A DNA stretch of 57,773 nucleotides from Hydrurus foetidus (Eukaryota), in assembly GCA_900617105.1 (NCBI GenBank), contig UYFQ01000497.1:1-57773 (forward strand), written 5' to 3'. The notes below the pieces were generated by a model, which ran no database searches, had not been told where the DNA came from, and was given only the letters and a program-made list of their open reading frames with translations. Every line of letters begins with the position of its first letter. Positions within the stretch are counted from its first letter, which is position 1. The position numbers and the translations under genes are program-made. Positions 1 through 15,100 of this stretch are shown here, piece after piece.

Positions 1-3000
1 AGGATCCATGCTGTGAACATAAGTAAAACAGAATCAGTGCACCAATTAGAGAGAGTTAGTAGTGTGACTTGGAGTGAAGAGGAAAAGGCACAGTGAGCCA
101 AAGGAAAATTGACGAAGCCGAAGTAAGTTAGATTGATTCAGAGAGTGTCAGTGGAGTGGACAGAAGGAATGTTGAGAGTATGGGATAGGACTGTCAGTCA
201 AGTGGATGGGTGCATAACATTGAGACAAATAGTCAGACAGTCGAGCACAAATACGCCACCACACTCATGCAATAAATATTCCCGACAAGTTAGGACGAAG
301 AGACAGACAAGTATTCAGACACACAGACACACACGCACATACAAACACATCACACGCACACACACACTCGACTCCACCACACACATACACACATACACTA
401 AAACATACATGTACATATAATCGCACCTGTCGAGTGAGCCTACCCCTTCTCCTCCACTCCCTCCTGCGTGACCCACACTGCCATCAATGTCCGTGTCAGA
501 GTCGGTTGACTGACTCAGTAGGGACTTTGTGCTGCGAATTGGACGGTCTACAGTCTTGATAGAGGACCGCTGGTTGCCTAGTTATTGAGTAAACCGATGA
601 GGAATGTTCTTGATGATGATGATGATGATGATAATGATGATGATAATGATGATGATAATGATGATGATATCGAGTCTGATAGGGGGGAGGTGGTGACAAC
701 GAGGGAGGAGACTGACGAGAGGTAGTGATGATGTTGAGAGATTGTGGAGATAACGAGGGATGGTGATAAATAAGGAATAAAGGTGCAGCACACATTACAG
801 CAAACAAATTAATATTTTCTACGGGCTGTGCAGATTGCTTTAGGTGGAAGTGCAGAGCAATGAGTTTGATGGATTAAGATGCTGCAATACAATAAAATGT
901 GGTGCAGTACAGAGCACGTTGGTAAATACCGTATCGAGTACATAAAACGATTCAGCAGAGTGGAACATAACACAGTATTGTGCATTGCAGTGAGGTACAG
1001 TACAATAAAGTACAGTAAAGTATGTTCTGTCGCCAGATGACATATGTAGTGTAGTTCACTTCAGTTTCATTCAATTCAATGCAATGCAGTGCAGTGGAGT
1101 GCAGTGCAGGTCAGTGCAGTGGAGTGCAGTGAGATGTACCTGGATGACTTCTATCGTTGATGGAGGTGGAGGCCAAGCTGGCCACTCTCCCCATTCTCTC
1201 CATGATCTCGTAGTCCTTCTGCGCCCTGTCAGCTGAAGCCTGCACGCTGCGAGTGCTGGGAGAGAGAAAAAGATAATGGGGAGGGGGGGAAGTGAGTGTG
1301 TGAGGGAGGGGGAACGATGGGGGTGGGAGAGTGTGTGAGAAATAGATAAAGAGGGAGAAGGAGGAGGGGAAGAGGGTAGAATAGCGTGAACAAAATGATC
1401 GGTGTAGCGGAGTGAGGGTGGGGGGTGATAGATTAGAGTAACGTTGTAGGTATTTCCTCAGTGCAACATGTGGCATGTGCGCATCTGTTTCTATTGTCTG
1501 GCTGCCACAATTAGGTGGCGAATGGAGTGAGAGGAAAGATAACAGCAGCAGTGTTTGTCTGCCACATGATATTGAAATAGAATCACTACACAGCCCAGGA
1601 CAGCATCACATTACACTCACATTGCATACACTCCCGCTCCTCCCAACACAGCGACTGGAGCTAAGGGTCCTAGAAAGACCAGACCCACAGCGGCCCCAGC
1701 GATAAGGGCTCCTGTCTGTGCCCCTTGGAGAAGAGCGGTGTTCTCGTCCTCCTCTTCAGTTGGTCCCTAGGAACGATGGAAATGGATAGAAGAGAAGAGA
1801 ACAGAATGAGAAGGGGTATAATAGGATGGGATGGGATGAAGAAAGATGGGATGAGGATATGCAGGGATAGATGGAAAAGGATTGGATAGAACGGGTGAGA
1901 GAGAATGAGAAGGGGTGGAGTGGGTTGGGATGTGAAGGGAAGATGTAGGATGAGAGGCACTGATGTCGAGATGAAGGTCTGAGTCAGTTAAGTGGCACGT
2001 GTTGCTTAAGATACCAATGTTGGAGGGTTTTTGAATTGCTTGAATGAATACAGGGGACAGACGAAGACAATGCAGTGCAACATCATTTAAGTAAGGAGAG
2101 GGAAAGCGCTGCATGAGTATGTGAACAGAACATAAAGAAAAAAGGAGGGAGAGCTTCCGTATCAAATCGAAAGAAAGGATGAGGAAGAGTCACATTAGTT
2201 GAGAGCATAGCAATGAGAGAGGTCAGTTACACTGACATAAAATGATAAAAAAGCTGTTCAGAAAATGAGAGACATCTACAGTAAAGAACGATGAAGACAT
2301 TAAGTGCGTCACTCACAGATGCACTCCCGGTCCCGGTCCCGTCCCGACCCCTGAGGTCTGCTCTGTGAAGATCGCTTTCTTCCCGTACGATGCGCACCAC
2401 ACGCCCACTACCCACCTGTGGTGAGGAGGATGCGCATGTAGTTATGGTACATTGAGGCAGTTGAGAAGTGATGCGAAAAGCGATGTGATATAATGTGATA
2501 TAGTGTGATGTGATGTGATATGATGTGATGTGATGTGGTGTGATGTAATGGGATGTGACATAATGTGATACGAAGTAATATGATTCATGGAAAAAAAAGA
2601 AAATAGAAATTCCATCCGTGATAAAAATATCATGCAGTGATAATCATTGACACTGAACAAATCAAATTAAAATTAAATTAATGACCTCAAAAAGAATAAC
2701 GGAAAAGAGAGCAGATTTACGGAAGGGAAAAAGTCACGAAAGAATAGGAAGGATGTAGCCGCACCTGCTGCACCGCAATGTAAATACTCTGAGAGACAGG
2801 AGGCGCCAGACTAGACGGGTCTCTGCTGTGCATATCTCTTTCTCTCTCCCTCTCCCTTTTCTGCCCCATCTCCCCCCCTCTCTCTGAGCCTCTAGAAGCA
2901 CGTCTCCTCGCTCTAGCAGCCTTCACTGCATCTCCCTCACTCTCATCAGTGTCACTAGATTTAGTAGCTCTTTTCGACTTCAACGCGTCAGTCACCTCCT

Positions 3001-4298
3001 TGATAGACAGTCCGTCTGATCCGCCTACAGGTGTTGACGCGTGTTTCTCACCCAGTCTCATACCCCCCCAACTGCCCAGTAGGAACTTTCCCTCCTTTTC
3101 TTCATTCTCTGCTACGAGCAAGTGCGTCACTTGATTGAGTTTCAGAAGATTTATTGTTACCCTTGGGGACTGGGAGTGGAATGGAGGAGTGCCAACTGTG
3201 ATGGACACCTGTGTGCGTGTGTGTGGCGTCGAGAAGGAGGTGTGAAGGTGAAGGAGAAGGAGGTGGTGTGATGATGCATTTGATGAGAATTCTCATGTCT
3301 CGGTCAAGAGAGCAGCAGACATTGAGGGAAGGACTCGACATCGCACTATATAACACGAGTACTGTAACACTTGACAGTGCTGCTATATGACATCATCACA
3401 AGACTTCATACTGTACTAATTTACTCAAAAAGCGCTACACTGACGCAACACACATAATGACATGCTATGCAATATCGTCATTCCTTTGTGCGGAGTCTCC
3501 GGTAATTTCCTGCATAATGCGGCCAAATTTAAGGGACTATTCTGGTCCAGTGAAGATGGCGCACTATAACAACAGTATAATGACGTACTGAGCATGGCAC
3601 TCTATGACATGCACTACAACACATTCTAATCACGCTATAGCAGCACATTATCATGACACACTAAGATGACGTCACTCACTTCGTGTGGGGACTCTGGATC
3701 CGCCCATCCGAAGGGCAGCCACATGTCGGGACCCACACACACCATGTACCTGAGAAGGCAACAAGAATGATGCAAAAGAATAAGAGGCGAGTAAAGGAGA
3801 GAAGGAGATGATACGACAAAGTGAGAGGTAACGCGGAGAGGGGAGGAAGTGGTAGGTCAAAGTGATGACTGGGGTAGAGGAGACGGTTGAGCTTTTAATT
3901 CACAAGGTTGAATGGAACACGGTTAAAACCGGCTTACCTAGCCGGATCGTTGTCATCTGTTACGGTTGATGATTCGCCTGACCCTCTACAGGTTAATAGA
4001 AAATAACTAGAGTCAGGAAAACTGTCAGTGGGAGAGAAAAGAGATGATGCAGGGTAGCGTAGGGTACAATCGAGGAGAGCAGATAAAGAGCAGTTGAGAG
4101 ATCTCAGAGATTTTGGGATTTTGCAGAAATCTCAAAAACTGATTGCGTCGGCTTTTGCATAGACGCAGATTGCGTTTTCAGAAATCAGGAGACAGAGGAC
4201 AGACAGACAGAGGACAGTGGGATGTAGAGTGACAACGACAGAGCAGACAGACAGAGAAGAGAGAGTGACTAGCAGAATGACTCTTTCACACTAACACT

Positions 4299-4330
<32 letters not shown>

Positions 4331-5841
4331 TAGACAGACAGACAGACAGAAGATATACAGACAGACAGACAGATAGACAGATAGACAGACAGACAGACAG
4401 AAGATAGACAGACAAGCTTCAGCAGTCATCTATATCATATCATATTATTCATTCTAAACAGCATGCAAGTTGAAAGGGATGGATGGACATTGTTGAAGTC
4501 AAATTTCCGTGCTCGAAAATGACCGCTGAGTACAGCAGTCATCAGTCTATATTCGTGAAATGTGCTTCAAGAAAATTCCAAAAACTACTGTTTTGTTTTG
4601 CCGTCTACAGTATGAAGACAATTATACCTTAGTGTAGGTGGCTGGAATGAGCCGGATTGAATCACAGATACGGCCACATCCGAGTCGTTCTTCACGGAGA
4701 AGGCGGCTCCTTCGGCTGTGGGGCATGCCCACACCACAATAATTAGTGCTGCATTCTCACAGGCGCGAGCTAGTGTGACCTGTGAGATATTTGTGGTAAT
4801 GAAAGTTTAGGTGTTGGTGTTGGTGTTCGTGCTTTTGTTTTTGTCAGTATATCAATATGGACGTTTACGTAGATGTTAATGTAGATGTTGGTGTAGGGAG
4901 AGGTGTCGATGTGCATGTAGATAGCGATGTTGACATCAGCGTAGCAGAGAAGAACAAGTTATTCGAAATGATATTCAGTTGTTTTGCAAGATATTGGTGG
5001 ATGAGAGCAGAGCATGCAATTTGCCACGGAGTTAGAGTCCTCTTTAGTGCGCTTCTGATTTTGAAGTGCTTGTCAGTCCGTGCTTCTTCTTGTCTTCTTG
5101 CAATCTCAACTCTCGACTCTTCTGCCTTATCTAAAAAGAATCTTCCTCTCCCTCCCTTCCCCTCTCTTCTCCTTTCTCACTCCCTCTCACCTCGACATGT
5201 GCAGTGACCGCTCCTCTATTGGCACTACCTCTGAACCACCCCCTTTGGGGCAAAAGCAAAACACTAGTGCCCAACTCATTGACATCAACACACCCACAGC
5301 TCCACTCACTGCTAGCCGATCGGAACTGGACCTTAGTACCAGAGTATTGGTCACTTTTATGCCAGGGGTGGGTGGTGTAGGGAGGGATCAAGATGGGGGT
5401 GTATGGTGGCCCTTTGGGGTCCGAGTTTTTCTGTCTAATCTCGAGATCCTCCTCCATGCACTGAATAAAGACAATGAAAAGGAGAAAGAGAGTGCAGAGA
5501 AGAGAGGCGAAAATTTGAATTAATGAGGAGATTGTTTTCATCACAGCTGATGATGGCAACCAATGTGAGGGAAAATATGCAGCATTAAAGATAGCACTGA
5601 TAAAGACTGTGGAGAGAGTCAACGGCTATCTTCCATCGTTACAATCAAATTCCTTCTTCTCTCTCTCTTCTATGATACTTTGCTTGCCCTTCTTTTTGAA
5701 ATCCCCTCATTCATCCTTGCATCTTACAACCCCTTTCCCGCACCCTCCTTCCCTGCCCCTCTCTCCCTTGATAATCCGTCCTTATTATCTACCCTCTCAT
5801 TTCTTTCTTCTCTTCCTTCCTTCCTTCCTTCCTTCCTTCCT

Positions 5842-5893
<52 letters not shown>

Positions 5894-5925
5894 TTTTTTT
5901 TCTTTTTTTCTTTTTTTTTTTTTTT

Positions 5926-5957
<32 letters not shown>

Positions 5958-6026
5958 TTTTCTTTTTTTTTTTTTTCTTTTTTTCTTTTTTTTTTTTCTT
6001 TCTTTTTTTCTTTCTTTCTTTCTTTC

Positions 6027-6109
<83 letters not shown>

Positions 6110-9100
6110 CTATCCTTCCCTTCTCCTTCCCTTACTCCCTCCCTCCCCCTCCATCTCACTTCGTTTACGACTTACATTTAAGATCACGAAATGCGGCATG
6201 ACTCTTATCAGCTTCGTCCTTCTGAACAGCCCCGGCAACAGGCTTAGTTGGTACGCAAGTTGCTCACATCTACCAGTGCTCTGCAGTGAGGTAAGAAGGA
6301 AAGGAGGAAGAGTAGATGAGGTGAATCAAGAAACGGAATAGTGAGGTAAGAAGAGAGGGAGGGAAGAGTCAAGATCAAAAAGGTATGAGTAAGAGAGAGA
6401 CTTCTATTACGAAATAAGAGGAGTATCAAGATAGGGATTGAGAGTTCGACAGATCAGAGGGGGCACGTGAGGGTTGTCGTTGGGTGGGTCCAGATTAAAT
6501 ATGGATCGGCAATAAACGAGGAGCCTTGACTTATCACATGGATCATACCTTGTTCACTATCTCGACCAGCGTCTTGTGACTCCCGCGATAAGAGGTGCTG
6601 ATGTCATCGCTCCACTCGAACACGCTGAGTTTGAGTTGACAAAAGAATGCATAGATGGCGTGAGATAAAATAAAATAAAGTACAGTAAAAGCGATGGGCC
6701 AAAAGAAGAATGATGATGATGACGAGAAGACACAATGCAACAGAGAAATAGTAGTTCATGGGGAATCAGTGTTGGATCCAGCTTGAAATCCTAGAGGGCG
6801 CAAAAGGTAAAAGGGGTAGAGATGAAGAAAGGAGTTGGACGTGCTTGCTACGATGACTGCTGCGTGAAGATCAAGGCTCCTTGTTTATTATTTAATCTGG
6901 ACCCACTCCTACAAACGACAATCCACACACACTAACTGTACCGCACTGAAAACTGGAAACAGCACCGTACAATTAGTGTGTGGATTGTCGTTCGCAGATG
7001 TGGGTCCAGATCAAGAGTGGATCAGATCAGCGATTAAACACGACCTTTGAGATTGGGTGACACAGATATAGTGACATCTCACCTGTTCTCTCTCTTGCCG
7101 AACACATCACTATGATCATCACGAGTGATAGAGAGCCTGTCATCACTCGAATGGAACATAGTGATGCCCTCCCCCCCCTCCGCCCACATCTCCTTCACTA
7201 GTGGGAGGGAAGATGAGCTGCCTAGCTGACTCCCTGACTGTCCTAGGATGTCCATGGTGATGTCATCTAGAGGGTCGAGACTGGATATGTCCACTACACA
7301 CACCGCATACCTTAACACCACAATCACGATATAAATGAAAATGAGAGTGAGAATAAGAATGAATGAGAATGAGAAGAGCGGTGAGGAGATCGGTCACAAT
7401 GAAAATGGGAGTGAACACAACAGAGAGAAATGCGACGAGAACCACAATACGAGTGAATATGAAGATGAATATGAAGATGAGAATCAGAGCGGCAGCGCCA
7501 ATGACAATTGCAGCATCAAGGTGGAAGGTGTTTAAGAAGAATTAAGATGACGCACTAGCGCTCATAAAGAAAGAAAATAGGTCGGACATTAAGCAGAATT
7601 CTGCACGGACTGGGGACTGATAAAAAACACGGACACATAACCGAACTTTAAATGTCTAAACGATCATCAAGACAGAATAATATGTCCGAGAATGCACACG
7701 AGTCCAAGGTGGAGTGTCAAGGGCGCTCAAACCCTTTCTCATTCTGTATTCTGTATTTCGGACATCCTATTCTGTCCTGGTAATACGCACACAAGTATAG
7801 ATGTACATTCACATGAGTACTCCTGCATGCACATGTACATGTGCTTGTACGTACATGTGACTGGAAGCTCCTTTTGCCTCTGCTCCGCTCAACACCACTT
7901 CTTGATCGTCCTCGCCCTCTAACACCTCCACTCTATCCACTCCACCCCTAACACCCCCACCGTCCCTCACATTCGCTTCTACTAAGCTTGGAGTCACTAC
8001 CTTGCCCCAGCAGATGTAGTGCTGCTCTGCATTGACATACGAATCGACCCCTACACCTTGTCCTGTACCTCCATCTACCACTGACCCCATCCCTGCCCCT
8101 GAACCCGTCCCAGGTCCGACCCCTCCCCCCCCTGGGGTTTTGATCACTGTCGGACCCTTGCCTGAGAATTCGGTACTAGATCCCTTCCCCTCCTAAACGA
8201 TAGAAGAGAATACAGGACGGAACGATCAAATGTGAGTGACAGAGAAATCTAGCAGAATTGTGTTTGTTGATGTGAGTGAGTGAGTGTGTGTGTGTGTGAG
8301 AGAGGGAGAGAGAGGGAGAGGAGAGAGAGAGAGCGCGAGTGTCTATGACTTTGCCTTAAATAGTCAGTGAGTCAGTCGGTCAGTCAGTGTATCAGTCAGT
8401 CAGTGTATCAGTCAGTGTATCAGTCAGTCAGTCAGTCAGTCAGTCAGTCAGTCAGTCAGTCAGTCAGTCAGTCAGTCCTATTCAATTAAAACAATACAGG
8501 AGATGATGCTAGACAGCAAGTCCACACCACACAGCGCGCAGTGGCCTGCAGTACCTTGCAATGCTTTGGTTCCAATCGGCCGTATCGCGCTACGGCTGTC
8601 ACGGTTAACATCTTAAACCCTTCCCTGTGGAGCCAGCTGGGAGGTCGAGATCGAGTGGATGCTGCGAAGATGAGTCATAGTGAGTGACGTGTTAGGAATG
8701 GGAGTGGGGAGAGAGAGGAGAGGAGGAGAGAGGGATAAAGAGAGGAAAGCAGTGAAAACAGAAAGAGAGGAGAGGGAATGGTTGAGAGGAAAGTAGAGAT
8801 GAGAAAAAGAGAGACTAGGGTATGAGGATGTATAACGGGAAAGAAAAAAGCATTTCCAATGAACGTTGCATGTTTGTGTTACCATTGGTGAGCACTATTG
8901 TGAGGGCGGGTTTGCTGACATGGAATCTGACGAGTCCACGATCCTTTGCAGCACAGTCGTCACATGGAGTTGATACAAATAATTGATTCCTGTCAGAGAA
9001 ATAGTGAAACAAAGATTAATATTGATTTGATTTGATTTGGGATTTAGGCAGTGAAAGATGAGATGAGATAGTAAAGGAAAGGATAGGTTAGGATGGGATA

Positions 9101-12100
9101 GGAGGGATGGGAAAAGATGGTACAGGATTGGATAGAAAGGAATAGAATAGGATGTGACAGTTCAGATCAGATTAGACTGAAGAGGATAAGACTAGAGATT
9201 ATATAGCAGGGGTCGGGGCAGGGTAGGGTGGGTAGAATGAAATAGAATGAAGTACAGTACGTCATGACATCGAGGATGATACGTTACGGTACCTCAACAC
9301 AGAGGGTAGATGTATCCAGGTGAGGTTAGGCCTGTCAGTGTACACCCTCTGACCCTCCACCAATCTGTCTACCACTCGATACTCTCTGCAGCTACGCACT
9401 GCAAAGTTGAGAAGACTAAGAGGTGCTGTGTGGGGTGGACTGATGTTGATATCGGAGGTCGAGAATGACCCCTGCTTTCCACTGAAGTTTGTATGCTCTG
9501 CTTTATCTCTGGTAGATCTTGATGTATCATTCAGTCCTGTATCAGAGGTCGAATTCGATTGTAATTCGGCACTATTTCTTGAATCTGTGCATAGTGTACG
9601 GTGCAGCAACCTTCCTGCGATGGCGAAGGAGAGGTATGGCTCCTCTAGTGCAGGAGATGGCATATCTGTCACATCCTCTCCCCCTCCCTGTCTCTCTCCC
9701 TGTCTCTGTCCCTGTGTCATCTCAGTGTCCTGTTTATAATATCCACTAGTTTCTTCTTCATCGACGCCCTTGACTGCCTCCTTCCATGCATGTCTCTCGA
9801 CATTCACTCCTCTTCTGGAAGCTCTCAGCTTCAACCTCAGACCTGAACGATCCACAAAGGCACCTTCTGAAAACAGCACTACATCAGTCACTACCTTGAC
9901 CACCACAGTGGGACCCATCATAAAGGAGGGGGAGAGAGGGACAGCATCGGTGTCGATAGGGTGGGAGGTGGAATGGCTTCTGAGACTCAATTTGATGCTC
10001 CTTGGTATAGCGCTCTCAGTCTCCACTCCACCACCACCTCCATTAGTCCTACTATAACTTCGCTGGTAGAAATCGATGGTTGACTTTTTATCTTCATCTG
10101 TGTGGAGCGGTACTGCACTCCAATCATATGGCCCAACACGCACTAACAAGTTATGGGACCGTATTGCCGTGTCGACTGGAAGAGTGATGGAGCACCCGGC
10201 TGTCAGTACTGCTTCGTCAGAACTATCGTACGTGTCTGTGGTGTGGGGTGGAGAATGAGAAGAGGCGGTTTGAGGAAGGGTCTTGTGTTGCGTGTGGATA
10301 AATTCAAGTGCATAGTACAGTACAGGATTAGAAGATATGTGATAAAATGATAAATTGGAAATGAGGAAATTAAGGGTAAGATAGAAGATAAAGATGGAAG
10401 ATAAAGATGGAAGATAAAGATAGAAGATAAAGATAGAGATGGAAGATAAAGATGGAAGATAAAGACGGAAGTCAAATAAAATAGAACCAGATTGCATTAG
10501 CACGTATGCGGATACTGCATCATTGTGACTGACCGTTATATACTGGTGGCTCCTGACTGGTAAAAGAAAAGAGATTAGAGAACTGCATACTTGATGACGG
10601 CAATTGAGGAGTGGATGAGGAAGAAGAGGAAGAAGAAGGAGGGTCAGTGTTCAGCTCTATCAATCTGTAGTAGAGATCGCACAGAAGCATGTTATGCAGT
10701 ACTAGATAGGGCCCTTTTGAGATGAATTTCTCTACATTAGATAAGGACAGAAGAGGTGAGTCAGAAGAGCTGTTGAGATTATCTTCCTGCCCACTGTCTT
10801 GTGTATTGCCCTGTTTTTGTTTTTGTCTTTGTTCTTGAAATACATGTGGAGGAATTGAAAATCCCGTTGCATCCTCATACTCCTCCACTATAGAAGAGGG
10901 TGGGGAGAGAGAAGAGAAGGGAGGGGAGAGGAGATGTGAAGGGAGGGCAGAGGGGGAAGATATGGTATCCCTCCTCGATCTGCCCGCCACGGAGTTGGAG
11001 CGTGAGTGGTGGCGAGCGATAGGATGAGTGGCCTTCTTCTCACTCTCCTTCCTCACCCATGTCGCGTACGCACTGATCATGACGTCGAGGAACCTCCCAC
11101 TAATGTTAACTTGCAAGGGCACATAGTCGTCACTGACTGTACAGGACAACCCCTGCTCTGCCTTGGTCATCGTCAGCACTACACCCCAGTGCTCAACTAG
11201 CGGCTCCCAGCATCGGACTACAGGGTTGAAGAAATCCGCACCCACTGCTATTCTCCCCCTTCCCTCTAGATTGAGTACTTCTAGGGTAGAACGTACTGTA
11301 CGGCTGTTCACGTACATCTTGGGATTTAGTACGCCATCTGCATCTAGATGTAGGGACAGCAATTGCACACGTACTAAGGGAGTGTAGTTGCTACCAACTC
11401 TACCCGAAGAGTCCCCTGTACCAACACCAGCAACTGAACCGACCCTCCCAACCTCACCCCTTCTCAGCCCGGACCCGGCCACTCCCTCACCCCCTGGATC
11501 AGTCCGAGTAAGCACCATGTCATCTATAGCGGTGATAGATATCTTTGCGATATTCAGTGCGATAAGATAGATGTCCACTTGCACTACCCCGTCTCCCCTC
11601 AGGTCTCCGAATACACAGTGGTAATCCAGAGAGACATTCTTGGAAGTAGACAAACCAGACAGTGATGCTCTCAGCATGATGGAGCGGGCGAGAGAAAGAT
11701 GAGGTAGTGAGACAGTTGCATTGATATCACCTACATTGACTGATGCATTGGTAGCTAGGGGAATGCCCTTGACTACACATCTCGTTAGGTGGAAGTCTGT
11801 ACTAAATGGATCACACACAGCGAATGCGGCTGACACAGTGGAAGACTTCAAACCCAGACTGGGTGTCCAGTCAGAATCCTTCATGGCGCATGCAGACTGA
11901 CATGCGTACGTGAAAGAAGGAGCGCAGTTCAAATGCATCACACCACTCCTGCACATCAGCCACAGCCCCGTATCCGGTAAGACAAACACTTGGACACCCC
12001 TGAGGGATACATGCACAGCCTCCTGACTCTCATCCTCCTCTCCCTGTCCCCGTCCCCTACCTTGTCTCTGTATCCCTCCTTGTTCCTTCCCCTGTCTCAC

Positions 12101-15100
12101 TCCCTTTCCCTCTCCTAATCCCTCCCCCTCCTCCTGTCGCTCCCCCTGTCCATTTCTCTCTCGTTGTACCTGCAACGAATCTTGTACTTGTCCTTGTGCC
12201 CGTGACTGTGCACCCCATTGGTCTTCACTCATCTGTGCATCCACTTCAAGAGTGAGCATGAATGACGCACTATCTTCCCTGCTCGGATCCTCCAGAACGA
12301 CCAAGTATGCAGTGCCTACGGTGACGTGTATACTCACCGACTTGCTGGCCATCGCTATAGGAGTGTTGGGAAGTGGCGTGTTGGGATGTGAGTCGGATGG
12401 GGAGGAGTTGGTCACTTCCTCGCACTCCTCAATACTCGACATTCCACTTCTCCGTATTGCAGCTGTGTTCGTCGCCCCATTTGATGCGCGTATAGCAGCT
12501 GAAAAGCGGTCAGCGGCGTCCTCTACATGATACTGAGCGGTCTTGACGGTGGTGAGTAAATCGTACGCGATTATCATCGCTACAGCACAGATGTCTTTTA
12601 CCGTGTCAACCGCAATTACGGCCAAGGCGTGCTGTATAAATAATTCCACTTCCACCGCATCGTCATGAGGACTGTAGATATTCACATCTAAAAAATTGGA
12701 CCCACCAGCTAATTGAGGTATCGCAAAGTGCTTCACTTTTTCTTCTTGAGCTCTTTTCCCTTTCCCCTTCCCCTTCCCATTTCCATTCCACTCTTTGTCC
12801 ACCAATCTACTGTCTCTCTCCATCGATGGTATAGTCGACTGTATACTGTGCCTCGATAAAAGAGTGCGATAATGCCACCCTCGTGAAGTGTTCCTCGTGT
12901 CGAACAGAGCGGCGTCCATCATTGCTACGTGTGCCTGTGCAATTCTGTTGTCCAATATCATAGCTTGAAATACTCCCAGTGTCAAATCCAACCGACAGAC
13001 AGACTCAAGCTCTCCTCTCGAATCTTGAAGCTCAGCAGCCTATTGAACAGATTGAGAAGGTGTTAGTTTGTATTTATATCGATTTGTCTCAGTGCGTTGC
13101 ACCACATTGTGGGCTATGTGAAAGGATTGAGTGGAGAAGCTTCTATCGTGATCGAACTCGTACACATGAAGGCGTACATGCAAAACACATCACGTGTGTA
13201 AGTACACACACGATTAATTATCTACGTACATGTACGTAACGTATGAATTTGTCCGTACAACGTACCTTCAACATGTCCACCGTGATGCAGCCAACTTCCA
13301 GATCCAACTTCAACAGAGCGCGAATAAGAACCCTCATGCTCTGTGCCTCGTTAGTCCCTCCCCCTCTATCTCTCCCCCTCTCCTTCTCCCTCTCTGCCTC
13401 CCAATCTCTGCCTTCTAGGCAGCCTATCAAATGGCCTCTTGCATGACTGTCTGTCTCACTTGAAGTAGGAATCTTAATTGATTCCTCTCGCGGAGTTAGG
13501 AAGTGATCGACAGCAGTGGCTACAGGGGAGGAGAAAATACATGCGAATGCAGGCTCTACAATCTCTCTCACTTGTCGCACAGCACTCGCATCGACACTCA
13601 ACGCTAAGCCTATAGTCTTGATCAGAAGACTCTCATCTAATTCCCTCACAGTCACTACCTCATCCCCACCCCTCCCCGCCCTTACACGGTTGTTCAGCGC
13701 CTTGTCCACGTCAGAGTCCATGGTGGCTTTGAAGGGGGAGAGGGAGTCAAATATCTGCAATACGTGGATTGATGCGAATGCACTGGAATCTGGCGAAGAT
13801 TCTGACCCAGGTTCTCTCCTCACATACGCACTTGTAGTTGCCTTTGCATTGCTATTCATTGAGCCCCCCATGAGTGGTGAGTTGCCTTCAGTTCTTTGCT
13901 GCTCTGCTTGTGTGTTGTTACTGTCGTTGCTGTCACTGCCTTTACCTACACGGACACCTACACTTATAGGTTCAGCCTCACTATTCAGATTCTTGGACAG
14001 CATGAGATACCGCTGTTTCGTGGGACGGGAGGAATCGTCTAAGGACAGGGCCCCCACGCTGACCGCTATCCTTGTGTCGTACGCTCTCTGCAGAATGTCT
14101 AGTGACATTGTTGACAGGAGTAGCCGGATTTTTTTTGCATTCATACTGCTGGACCGGCTATCTGTGTCATCCATGCTGTCGCCCTTGCTACTGCCACTGT
14201 TAGTGTTATCAGAAGAGGATATCGGATTTAAAGGTAAGGCATGGTGTAGATTGGGTTGAGCACTCTCTTGGTACATGATGATGCGCGCTATGCATCGAAA
14301 AGAAAAGTGAGAAGAGGGGAGGAAAGGAGAGGAGGGCAGGAGAAGAGGGAAAGAGAAGAGAGGGAAAGCGAGGAGGAGAGAGGAGCAGGGATAGAAAGTA
14401 TCATGGACGTGAAAGATCACCTAATGTCAACAGCACGTGACTTCATCACAAATTTGAATTAAACCACACTAAATATTGTGTGCGACACACACCTGCAGTT
14501 GTCCTGTTTCTCACCCCCCACCTCTCCTTCGCAACACACGATTTCAAGCAGGAAAGAAGGGACCGCTAAATGCACTTCAACGTTGAGCTGAAAGGGGTCA
14601 GGCATCGCTATACGGTGTTTGTTGATGTTTAGTCCCAGACTCTGTAAAGCTGATCGGCTGCTATCTATTCCTGATAGATAGAATCGAAAAGGGAAATAAG
14701 AGGGATGTGAGGGAGAGCAAAGGAAGGAAGGGAGACGAGAGCAAAGTAGTGGTGAAGTGTGATGAAAGTGAGGGGAGATGAGTCATAATAGGAAGTAGTG
14801 AGGGAGAGCGATGCAATGAGGGTTAAGGGCACAATGCATTCAAACAGCTACTAGCATTGGACTCTAATATGACTCACCTCTATGTGGGGTGATCCCACTA
14901 TTTTGATCCATGATCCCTAAAGGAACAGAGCCAGAGATGTTGTGTATAATCTTCGAAAACATTTTAGACATCTTAAATGTGCCCTTCTTGCCTCGTGTGA
15001 TAGGAAGAAAAGAAGTGGGTGGGATGCGGGTAGATGTTTTTAGTCCGGCAGTAGCATTCTTTCCTTTGGTATTAGGATTTAGTACGTTGTTAAGAAAGTG

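Noticed and set aside
5609..6201. Poly-Phe and poly-Lys ORFs (also the poly-His/Ile/Ser ORFs at 496-807, 17648-17987 and 21988-22377)
   Set aside because: They are translations of microsatellites in introns or UTRs.
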